From Octopus vulgaris (lineage: Eukaryota), in the NCBI GenBank assembly GCA_951406725.2, contig OX597820.1, positions 29,946,001-30,010,000 of the forward strand: DNA of 64,000 nt, given 5' to 3'. A program made the translations under genes and the position numbers. This document shows positions 53,517-64,000 of the stretch, one piece after another (positions within the stretch are counted from its first letter, which is position 1; every line of letters begins with the position of its first letter). The notes beneath the pieces were generated by a model that saw only the letters and a list, made by a program, of their open reading frames with translations, was not told the DNA's origin and did no database searches.

Positions 53517-54433
53517 ACGAGATGGAGAGAGAAAGAATGAGAGAGTTATAATCCCTTTTTCTATGGGCACAAAGCTAGAGAGAGAAATAATGGAAAAGCA
53601 AGACAATGATGGAGATTAGAAAACAGAGTTAAAAGGGACAAATCGCGGTTTTGTGTGTGTGACAGAGACAGAGACAGAGAGAAAGAGAGAGAAAGGAAGA
53701 GAGACGAATGTGTGTCTGAGAGAGAGAGAGCGAGAGACAGACAGATAGACAGACAGAAAGAGAGAGAGATGCAATGCGATATAGCAATCCCTGTTATGAG
53801 TCACCAGTGTAATTTTCACCAAGTTGTGATGACAATTCTAACTTTGACACAAATTTTCCTTTGAACTACTTACAAGCTGGCCTACTCTTACTCTCTGCTC
53901 TTTACTACCTCTCCCTCTTCCTCTCACTTCGCCTTCAGTTGTCTTTGTGTCTCATGCTGCCACTCCTCGTTCACTCACCCACTCACTCACCCTCTCTCTC
54001 GCTCTTCTCTCTCTCTCTCCCCCTCTGTATAATGTTTCCCTTTTGTCCTTCCATTCTCCTCGAATATTTTTCATCCTAACCCCGATCTATATACTGTATA
54101 TATCACTATTTTTTTTGTCTCTACTAAAATTGTTATCTCATTATCTTAACGTCTAATTTCACTCTCCTCATATCCAAGTTCTTCCTTCCTCCTTCTCTCT
54201 ACTTTGTGTGTGTGTGTACGAGTGTGTATACGTGTACGTGTATGTGTGTGTATGTATGCATGTACACGCGTGTGTAACTCAGAACGTCCTATCTACCTGC
54301 CTGTCACTAAAGTGACCAACACATCCCAGCTATCTACTTACCAACCAACCTGCCACGCTATTAATCCAACCATCTTTCATTATCTCTCTCTCTCTCTCAT
54401 TCTGGCGCTCTTTTTCTTTCACTCTCACACTAC

Positions 54434-54513
<80 letters not shown>

Positions 54514-54678
54514 GTCTATCTGTCTGTCTATCTGTCTGTCTCTCTGTCTGCACATAAGTATAAGTTTGTGTGCTAGAATACTTACGTGTATGTGAATGCA
54601 TATATGTGTATATAATAACTATATATATATATAGGTGTGTGTGTGTGTGTGTGTGTGTGTATGAGTGTATATATGCAA

Positions 54679-54709
<31 letters not shown>

Positions 54710-55207
54710 CACAGGTAGATAGATACATATATAGACAGACAACAAAATGCTTGAGACCTCGAAAGTTTCGAATATGTTAAACACACCCACACCCACACCC
54801 ACATCCACCTACACCCACCCACCTACACACACACACACAAACATAATAAGCTTCGCTTTTTTATGCACTAAAGTCAAAAATCCGCGTGGGTGCGGACAAA
54901 TTTTTGAGGTTTCACTCGTAATTTCAATGTATGATATGTGTATACCGTCCGTCTACACACACACTCACACACAGACACACATATATGTACATATATGTAC
55001 ATTTGTCCCGGTGTATATGTAGGTGTGTTATAAAGTATGTATTTAACGTGCTATGTGCGTGTGAATGTGGGTGGTGGGTTATGTTTAATTGTTGTCACTG
55101 AAAGGAATGTCATTGAACGAAATCACCCAGTCATTGAAACGAACTATTTCTTTAGCCACGGAGAGAAGTTCTGTGTTCGCTCAACTCTGGGTTAGGCCGT
55201 AATAATA

Positions 55208-55826
55208 AGTGACTTCTGGCAGAAACGTTAGCACGCCGTGCGAAATGCGTAGCCGTATTTCGTCTGTCGTTACGTTCTGGGTTCAAATTCCGCCGAGGTC
55301 GACTTTGCATTTTATCCTCTCGGGGTTGATAAATAAAGTACCAGTTACGCACTGTGGTCGATATAATCGACTTAATCCGTTTGTCTGTTCTTGTTTGTCC
55401 TCTCTGTGTTCAGTAAAGAAATAGGTATGTGGGCAGTAAAGAAATAGGTATTTCGTCTGCCGCTACGTTCTGGGTTCAAATTCCGCCGAGGTTGACTTTG
55501 CCTTTCATCCTTTCGGGGTGGATTAAATAAGTACCAGTTACGCACTGGGGTCGCTGTCCTTGTTTGTCCTCTCTGTGTTTAGCCCCTTGTGGGTAGTAAA
55601 GAAATAGGTATTTCGTCTGTCTGTATGTTCTGAGTTCGAATTCTGCTGAGGTCGACTTTGCTTTTCATCTAAACTCTATGTTTAGCCCCTTGTGGGCGAT
55701 AAAGAAATAAGAAACGTTAGTACGCCGGGCGAAATGCTTAGTGGCATTTCGTCTGCCGTTACGTTCTGAGTTCAAATTCTGCAGAGGTCGACTTTACCTT
55801 TCATCCTTTCGGGGTCAATAAATTAA
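55208..55826 (+). mobile_element. Head-to-tail array of four partial SINE B copies
   Basis: tttcgtctg...ttcaaattc...gaggt(c/t)gacttt recurs four times, joined at aaagaaata. Confidence 0.85.
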
Positions 55827-56081
55827 GCCAACACCTCTTATGTCCATCTCCTATGTTCCTGCCTTTAGGCTTTCACTTCATATACGCCAGCTTAATTTGA
55901 ATCGTTCTCAGTCGAAAGACACCTGTTGTTATATTCTTGTTGTTTGTATTTGTAATTGTGTAGCGTGTTCTCCGTTCTTTTCTTTTATTTTTTGTCTTTG
56001 CTGCCGCACACATTCGCTAGCTTTCTTACAAAAAGGTTTAATGCTCTTAGCTTAGACTTTTGGGGGGGGCAACCAAATCGA

Positions 56082-56148
56082 ACTGTCCCAAGTGTAACTG
56101 CCCGAAACTATAAGGACTTCTAGTATACTAGACTGAGGAAAGAAGGCC
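56082..56148 (+). ncRNA. Diverged relative of the rearranged hammerhead
   Basis: actGT C ccaagtgta actgccc GAAA ctat ... tatactaga CTGAGGA aagaa ggcc. The flanks are homologous to those at 38350-38530 and 36120-36145. Confidence 0.5.
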
Positions 56149-57000
56149 ACCAATGACCCGTCTTTTTTTGACTGAATCCTGTTAGAGGTCAGCTAGCTAC
56201 TGCTAGTTGACTTCTAACAGGTGGAGGCCTCATCTCAGGGAGGAGAGTCGGAGCACAACACTGCCGTCGAGAGGACGGTCCCGAAACAGTTCGCATTCTC
56301 AACCAATAAGGTAACCAGTGTCCGTTTTGCGGATCTTTCAGCTGGTAACACTTATGTCTGCAAGTTGTTTGCAAAACGCACTGTTTTGTCTTCTAGTACA
56401 ACTTCAACTTTAAGTTGAAGATCAAGATTACTTTTTAGTATTAGTATTGCTTCTGTTACAATTAATTATTTTGTAATAATCCCACTGGCTATTTGCGACA
56501 TTAGTGCCTGAATAGACGCTGAGATTCAGCATATCGTTGATTGAAGATTCGGCTGCTATCGCATTGCTGGATATCTATAACTGAGGAAACCATAGCAGGG
56601 TGAAATCACGTGAACTGTCCGCCGTAGGAGACGATTCTCGCCTGTCAATGTTATATTGACGAGTGCTTTTATGTACCACGAGTCTTTATGAGAGATCCTC
56701 TCGAGGTAGATAACGCAGTATTCTGTTCTTATATAACTTCGGATCTTTGTGGTTTTCGTCTCTGTTAACAATTTTGTTCCAATTGTTTTAAAATATGGTA
56801 TATGGATTAAGTTTTGTATGCTAATTATGAAAATGAAATTCATTTACCCTCTAAATCCATAATTTAAAATTTGCAAAATTTGGGCATTTTAGCCAATCAG
56901 AAGCGAATATTTTACACATCATCCCGTGGCTAAGATCTTTGTTTCTATTGTAACCAAAGATGCTGCGCATGCGCACAAGGAGTGTGACTACCAAATTTAG

Positions 57001-57177
57001 TGTAATCAACAAATTGAGAGTACCTGGGCATCTTTAAAGCGTGGAAACAAACGCCAGTGTGGGACACACCGTTCCATGGTTGACTCTTACTTTTGTGAAT
57101 TTATGTGGAGAAGGAGATACGAGAAAGATAATTTATTTTATAAAATCCTAGAATGTATTGCAAACTTCCGTTCCTGA
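57001..57177 (+). pseudogene. Merlin transposase C-terminal fragment
   Basis: NQQIESTWASLKRGNKRQCGTHRSMVDSYFCEFMWRRRY...* fits the Q.IE..W...K...Y..EF.WR motif. Confidence 0.8.
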
Positions 57178-57402
57178 ATTTTTTTAAACTAATAAATGTC
57201 TGTTTTAAGCAATATTTTGGCATTTATTTCTAGCAGCCCCTGTTGGTTTGCTGGTAGCTTTTAAATATTTAATTTGCTCGCGAATTTTTTCGTTGTTTTC
57301 ACTGTTTACTTTGCTCGAGTATATTTTAATATCTTGACTGTTATTTCTAGCAACTCCTTTTGGTTTGTTCGTAGCTTTTAAATATTTAATTTGCTCACGA
57401 AT

Positions 57403-57677
57403 ACAGTTCTATATTTAAGAGATGAGGAATTATGTACATTATTTACATTATTTACATTCGACGGATATTTGTCCTCATTTTGTTTGTTGTTAACACGTTT
57501 CGGCTGATATACCCTCCAGCCTTCTTCAGGTGTCTTGCGGAAATTTCGTATGAGAACCCAGGTTTAAAATTTTTCCAAGACACCAGAAGAAGGCTGGAGG
57601 GTATATCAGCAGAAACGTTATGTTAACAACAAACAAAATGAGGACAAGTATCATTCGAATGTAAATAATGTAAATAA
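57403..57677. mobile_element. Inverted pseudo-LTR pair with hammerhead motifs, nested in Merlin, 12-bp target duplication
   Basis: ttgctcacgaat at 57391-57402 and 57678-57689, with ~100 bp inverted arms. Each arm carries acac C(T/A)GAAGA a ggctg...cagc(c/a) GAAA cgt. Confidence 0.75.
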
Positions 57678-58117
57678 TTGCTCACGAATGTTTACATGTT
57701 TTTCAGTTTACTGTTTTGACATGACGATGCCTCTTACTCCGATATTGGAAGAGGCAGCGAATACGCTGTCTTCTGATTGGCTGAAAATTCTGAAAATTAT
57801 CAAACATTGAACACCTGTAACATTTTTGCAAAATTATCCTAAAGTAAATGAATAACAAATTCGGATTCGGCATCAAAAATTACATCTATATGCTACATAA
57901 AAAATTTCTTTTTAAGATAATTGTAAACCGTGACGAAAACCACAAAGATTCCAACTTCCTTGTCAATTTGGAGACCAAGTTTATATTTTTGGTATTAATA
58001 CTGCTCTGTCGCAATTAATAATTATACACACACACAAACACACACAGATACACATGAATGTATTTATGTACCTATATATGTGTATCTAAAGACTTTCATT
58101 CAATCATTCATTCATCA

Positions 58118-58178
<61 letters not shown>

Positions 58179-58179
<1 letters not shown>

Positions 58180-58388
58180 GAGTGAGAGAGCAGTGCATGC
58201 CATCAAAGTGACACTGGGGTAAAATATACGAAGCCCAGTATACCCATCATGACTACCCGTCTGATAAGGGTACACTAGGCACATGCATCACAACCATATG
58301 TGCGCGACATGGTGATCTCATATCAAAATAAACAGCACATGACCTTGCAGGTGGGGCCCAGTTATAATTTTCTTCAGGTCGAGTAACC

Positions 58389-58431
<43 letters not shown>

Positions 58432-58477
58432 GAGTGAGAGAGCAATGCATGCCATCAAAGTGACACTGCAGTACAAA

Positions 58478-58520
<43 letters not shown>

Positions 58521-58587
58521 TAGTGAGAGAGCAATGCATGCCATCAAAGTGACACTGCAGTACAAATATTATTATTATTATTATTAC

Positions 58588-58642
<55 letters not shown>

Positions 58643-58688
58643 GAGTGAGAGAGCAATGCATGCCATCAAAGTGACACTGCAGTACAAA

Positions 58689-58773
<85 letters not shown>

Positions 58774-59244
58774 GAGTGAGAGAGCAATGCATGCCATCAA
58801 AGTGACACTGCAGTACAAATATATGAAGCCAATATACTCACTATGACTACCCATCTTATAAGGGTTACATCAGACACATGCATCACAACCATTTGTGCAC
58901 AACATGGTGATCTTATATCAAGATAAACAGCACATGTCTTTACAGGTGGGGCCCAGTTAGAATTTTCTTCTGGTCGAGTAACCCATCCCGCTCAGAGGGT
59001 CTCTGAATAAGGGTTGTTTAAGGATGTTGAACGAAACACCCATGTTTCCAGAGGTGAATTATTCAAACCTCAAAGAATTCCTCTCAACACATGGCTATGA
59101 TGCACCCCCACTACTTCTGCTCGTGATCAGAGATGCACATATCATCAGCCACTAAGGGACATGCTCAATTGGTTAAGGTCAAACAACTGACAAGCAAATC
59201 TGTGGTATTGAGCGGAATATTTGCTGTAACCCATCTTTTATACC
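58179..59244 (-). mobile_element. Family C cluster: partial copies and reiterated termini separated by (ATT)n
   Basis: Reverse complement of the 3354-3911 sequence. The terminal unit starts at 58179, 58431, 58521, 58642 and 58773. Confidence 0.85.
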
Positions 59245-59281
59245 ATTATTATCATCATAATCATCATCATCATCATCATCA

Positions 59282-59342
<61 letters not shown>

Positions 59343-60159
59343 CATTATTATTGTTATTATTAAAGAAGTGATTTTAAATTCTCAAACGCAGGATAATGCT
59401 AATAATATAGCCTGAACAGGATAAGTTACCCCTATTTTTGCAGAAAAAAGTATTGGTAGCCAGCTATGAGACTCAAACTCACACCTCCGTGATTACGCGT
59501 CACGGTGCCCTGAACCATCCTTCCGGGATCGATAAATTAAATACCAGCTGAGCATTACGATCGATGTAATCGACTTATCCCCTTCTCAAAATTACTGGCC
59601 TTGTGCCAAAATTTGAAGTCATTATCATTATCGTCATTGTTAATACGATTGTTGTTGTTGTTGTTGTTGCTGCTGCTGCTGTTGTTGTTGTTGTTGCAAT
59701 TATAAATGTTTTCCTTGAACTTTCATGTCCAAAACTCAACAGCAGCCTTCGGTATTAAATATGCGCTCTTAAAAGTATTTGTGTCAAATGTAATTTATCC
59801 AGAGACGGAAAAGTATGCCGTCCTTTCTACCATGACTTGCATATGGAAATGTATGTGTATGTGTAAGAAAATGTGTGTGTGTGTGTACATAAGAGATATA
59901 GAGAGAAGAGATGAGATGAGGGAAAGGCAGAGAGAGAGGGAGATAAAATTACTAGTTGACTCATTTTGATGAGACTATGGCCCAACAACTCATACATATA
60001 CACATATATAGATACATGTATATGTGTATATGTATATATACATGCATATCTTATTTACACACACACACATACATACATACATACATACATACATACACAT
60101 GCTTATTTATAGATCTATATACATACATACACACATATAAATGTGTATATCTACATGTG

Positions 60160-60209
<50 letters not shown>

Positions 60210-60859
60210 TGTGTGTGTGTTTGTTTATACATGTTTATATTTATATTTATACATATGTGTATAATGGCATATATAATGTTACACACTCAAGCACACACGC
60301 ACGCACACACACAGTACACACACACACACACACACGCGCACGCACGCATGCACGCACATGAAGGTGGCAAAATAATTGGGTGGGGGTTGTTATTTTAAAT
60401 TTGATATTTCATTCTTGAATGTCTTCGCTAAATGGCATCCAACCGAACCAAAACACTGTTCGGCAATTTTCTTGCTATCGCTGACGTCATTAGAAAGAGA
60501 CGCATGCGCCTTGCGGTATATTTGTGGAGAACTCGTTATGGGCAACTTCGACACAGATACGCCATATTGTACCCCAATCGGGGTCCACAAAACACTTAGT
60601 TCGCCAGCCTTGTGTAGAAACTTGAAGTTGCCCGGATGTACTGTCGAATTTTGATTTGCAGTATTGCGATGTGTGGCGTGATCTTGCCAGGTAAATTGGA
60701 GCAAGTTCCAGAAGATGGTGACTGCAATAAATTTTGTGTAATATGCCGTTCTTCATTTTGACGCAAAGATTTCTATATATCGATTTATGCTAATACTTTT
60801 GATTCCATTGTTTATTTCTGTTTATTTCTGGCTGTCAATTGAACAATGGCAAAACAAAG

Positions 60860-61260
60860 AAATATTTTTTTAAGATAAATAAATAAAACACGGACTCATG
60901 CAAGTTTATTGTATTAGTTTCAATCGGAACACAGCGCAGCCGTAACTGCTCGAAACATGAACTAGTTTGTCCGTTCCAAAAGTTTCGTGCTACAGGTAAG
61001 AACATTGAAGCCGCGGGTTGGGCATAACCATCTGAGATTGACAACGACCAAATGAAGGAAATTATTGAAGCGGTCCCACTTAAAAACCCTCCAAAAATGT
61101 TAGTAAATAACTATCTGATATCTGCACTACATTGGAAAATGAATGAAAGAAAAATGCCAAACCAATGTATGCCGCACGAACTGATGGGAATTTCTAGAAG
61201 CATCGTCGTTACGACGTTTGCTCCACGCTTCTTTTGCACAGCAAAAACCATCTTTTTTTT
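60860..61260 (+). pseudogene. Mariner transposase N-terminal remnant
   Basis: EHSAAVTARNMN, FQKFR, PSEIDNDQMKEIIEA and CMPHEL (WVPHEL-like). Confidence 0.6.
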
Positions 61261-61998
61261 TTAATATTTTAGTCGGGAAGTTTGTGAAGGAGTGTGACCT
61301 AATGTTTGGGTGTTGCACTCATGAATGTTAGATCGGCGTTTCGACTTCCGGTCTAAACGGTGTGTTGTGTTTTTGAGAAAAACACTTCGGTCCATGTTGT
61401 TCCAGTACAATCAGTCTGTAAATGAGTTCCAACAATAAATAGGAAGTGAACCCATCGACGGAGCGGCGTCTCATTCAGTGGAGACGGAGAGAGTGTTGTT
61501 ATCTCTGTCACTCATACGCCATGGAAACCGAGTTACGTCCGTACTTATTTGTCCTAGTGCTCATGAAGCTCATGATGGACTTAAGTCGAAACTGAAAAGG
61601 ACGGTAGGGCCCAAGACTTTTCACAGATCCTCTAGGATCGGTAGGATAAAGGAAGGAAGATATCACCCGACAGAAAACCTGATCGGAATACTTGTAACAG
61701 AGTAGGCCTTGCTAAAGCCCTCACTACCCTTCAAAAACCAGGTGATAGTATTATACCAGGCGACAAATTAAATCGATCAACCAAGTAGACGTCGCTGGAG
61801 TCTGAATTTAGAGAATGCAAGGATCCGAGACAAATATGGCAAGACATTAGATCCGATGTTCATACATCATTTCCGCTAATTCACCATCTTGGATTGGTAC
61901 TTTTTTATCGACCCTTGAAAGGAAGAAAGGCTAAGTTGACCTCCGCAGGATTGTAACTCAGAAGGTTGTACACACGCACGCACACCCACCCACCCATA

Positions 61999-62034
<36 letters not shown>

Positions 62035-63426
62035 TGGTTTTATGTATGTATGTATGTATGTATGTATGTATGTATGTATTTTTTGTATGTGTGCATATAT
62101 GAATATATATATGAATATATTTATATTTATATTTACATGTGCATATCTGGCAATGTTTACATCTACACAATGAGAGCGCTCAGCAACCATCTTGGCAGGC
62201 AGTCTAACCGTTTAACAATACCTTACAAAATGGCGTTGCATTTCTCGCCTCATAATTACCGTTCGGTAATCAACTGCTGAAAACGTCCCCAAGAATAAAA
62301 CAAGAAAGACATTTTAAGCGGCATTTTCATCGTCATGATCATAATTTATTTAGAAATCTAGTGTGTGTGTGTTATATAGGGAGTAATATGAAAACGTATG
62401 TGTGTTCGAAAATATTTGCTGCATTTCAAGCTTGAAATGTAGAATTGCGCTAAAGATAATATGACGAATTTGCTCTAATGTTAAAATAGCGTTAACTGTG
62501 CTGTTGTTATTGATGTATGATATTTACACACGGTTACTTTGTTAGAGATAAAAGAATCTTATGTTGCTCTAATTAACAGCATGGAAAATATGTTGGGTCG
62601 CATTTGCACCAGTCAGCAAACAGTTTGGTGTAGCGTAAACCTTTCATGTATAGCGCATGGTGACATAGACCAAAACATATGTTTGTTAAACATCTGTGTT
62701 GTTCTATTAGATAATAAAAGATACTGACAATTCTGAAATAACAACGAAAAGTATCTCTCCATATATGGCGAACTCTCAGAAATCAGGGTACACACACAAG
62801 GTTCCACTAATTTCATTTATAATATTTATAAGTTAGGGGATTATTTTTAACGCTAGAACTTGAAGAAGATAAAGCTATAAATAATAGCGTGCAGAATATT
62901 GGGTTAAAAATAATACAACTTCTTTGGAAAGAAGCCGAAGGTAGCCCATGAGATTCGAACCCTACTTCTTCAAGTATGCGAAAATAATATACCGAATCCT
63001 TTTCATCCATTTTCGAAGCTTTGTTCTTACAAGTGAACATTGTAATGTAATTTGAAGTTTTAAAATTTCGAAACTCTGAGGGAATTGAAGCATTTAGTGG
63101 TTGTTGTTTTTTGTTTTTGTTTTTTTTTTTCTTTTGTAAGGAGTGGAGTTCGAAGGAAATAAAGCTATAAATTATAGTATGTAGAATATTGGGTTAAAAA
63201 ACTTGGATAGAAAAAGAAAAATTAATCGTAGGCTGCCCATGGGACACGAACTTACAACCTCTCTAAACTTACAAAGCATACAAACCATTTTACCAAAGCA
63301 AAACTAGGAATTTGCCCAACTACTTTAGAAATGTGTGTGTGTGTGTGTGTGTGTGTTTATGTGTGTGTGTGTGTTTATGTGTGTGTGTGTGTGTATGTGT
63401 GTGTGTGTGTGTTTATGTGTGTGTGT

Positions 63427-63460
<34 letters not shown>

Positions 63461-63922
63461 TGACGCGCGTGGCTTAGTGATTGGGCTGTTGCACTCATGG
63501 TGGTATTAGAGTACGGTTTTGCTTCCAGTACACAGCGATGCGTTATGTTCTTGAGCAAAACACTGCATTTCAAGTTTCTCCAGTTCCACTCAGCTGGCAA
63601 AAATGAGTAATCCTGCGACGGACTGGCATCCCATCAAAGAAGGATTCTTGGGTATGTACATCGACAGCTCACCAACACACCAGCTCATCCACATATTTAC
63701 AAACACCGGGAACTCTCTTAACTCCAAAGATCTTGTTGCTTTGTTAGCGACCAGCTTGAAATCTCCTAAGAAGCCTTAAATAAAGCTCAAAGAAAAATAC
63801 ATACATACTTACATACATACGTGCATGTATGCATGCATGCATACATACATACATACATACATACATACATACATACATACATACATACATACATACATAC
63901 ATACATACATACATTATATATA

Positions 63923-64000
63923 AAGGCGGCGAGATGGTTGGATTGTTAGCGAGTCGGACAAAATTCTTAGCGACATTTCCTCCACCATGTTCTGAGTTCA
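63923..64000 (+). mobile_element. SINE family B head, cut by the window end
   Basis: aggcggcgagatgg...gttagc...gttctgagttca. Confidence 0.65.

Larger units (their letters stand above)
56741..57952 (+). mobile_element. Merlin (IS1016/IS1595-like) DNA transposon, internally deleted
   Basis: Terminal inverted repeats gga(a)tctttgtggttttcgtc, subterminal agccaatcagaag inverted pair, aacttc on both flanks, and a transposase remnant. Confidence 0.8.

Noticed and set aside
58431-58821. CRISPR-like repeat-spacer pattern
   Set aside because: The spacers are (ATT)n, the repeats are the end of family C, the context is eukaryotic and there are no cas genes.
62940-63300. tRNA-like B-box sequences on the minus strand, and SINE heads generally
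   Set aside because: No complete cloverleaf, so these are SINE-derived or decayed heads rather than tRNA genes.

Overview
Eukaryotic, AT-rich DNA saturated with microsatellites, in which I can support no host protein-coding gene. The repeat families look like an octopus (coleoid cephalopod) genome, which is an inference. Almost all ORFs in the supplied track are translations of (TA)n, (TG)n, (TATG)n or (GATA)n tracts. The real content is mobile DNA: at least three tRNA-derived SINE families, CR1, RTE and restriction-like-endonuclease (RLE) LINE remnants, Tc1, mariner, Merlin and Helitron derivatives, and many Penelope-like element (PLE) pieces, most inserted in microsatellites. One PLE has an intact RT-to-GIY-YIG reading frame. 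The main result is a set of hammerhead ribozyme (HHR) motifs in the PLE pseudo-LTRs. (i) One family (four copies, near 36.06, 38.44, 39.32 and 56.08 kb) has the three hammerhead strands in a non-circularly permuted, pseudoknotted order, supported by compensatory base changes in stems I and III. (ii) One variant has the C3-G8 core pair swapped to G3-C8. (iii) Several minimal type I HHRs occur, often with an extra purine after the core. Fold-back inverted duplications recur across element classes. All structures were derived by eye, and none has been folded computationally or tested.
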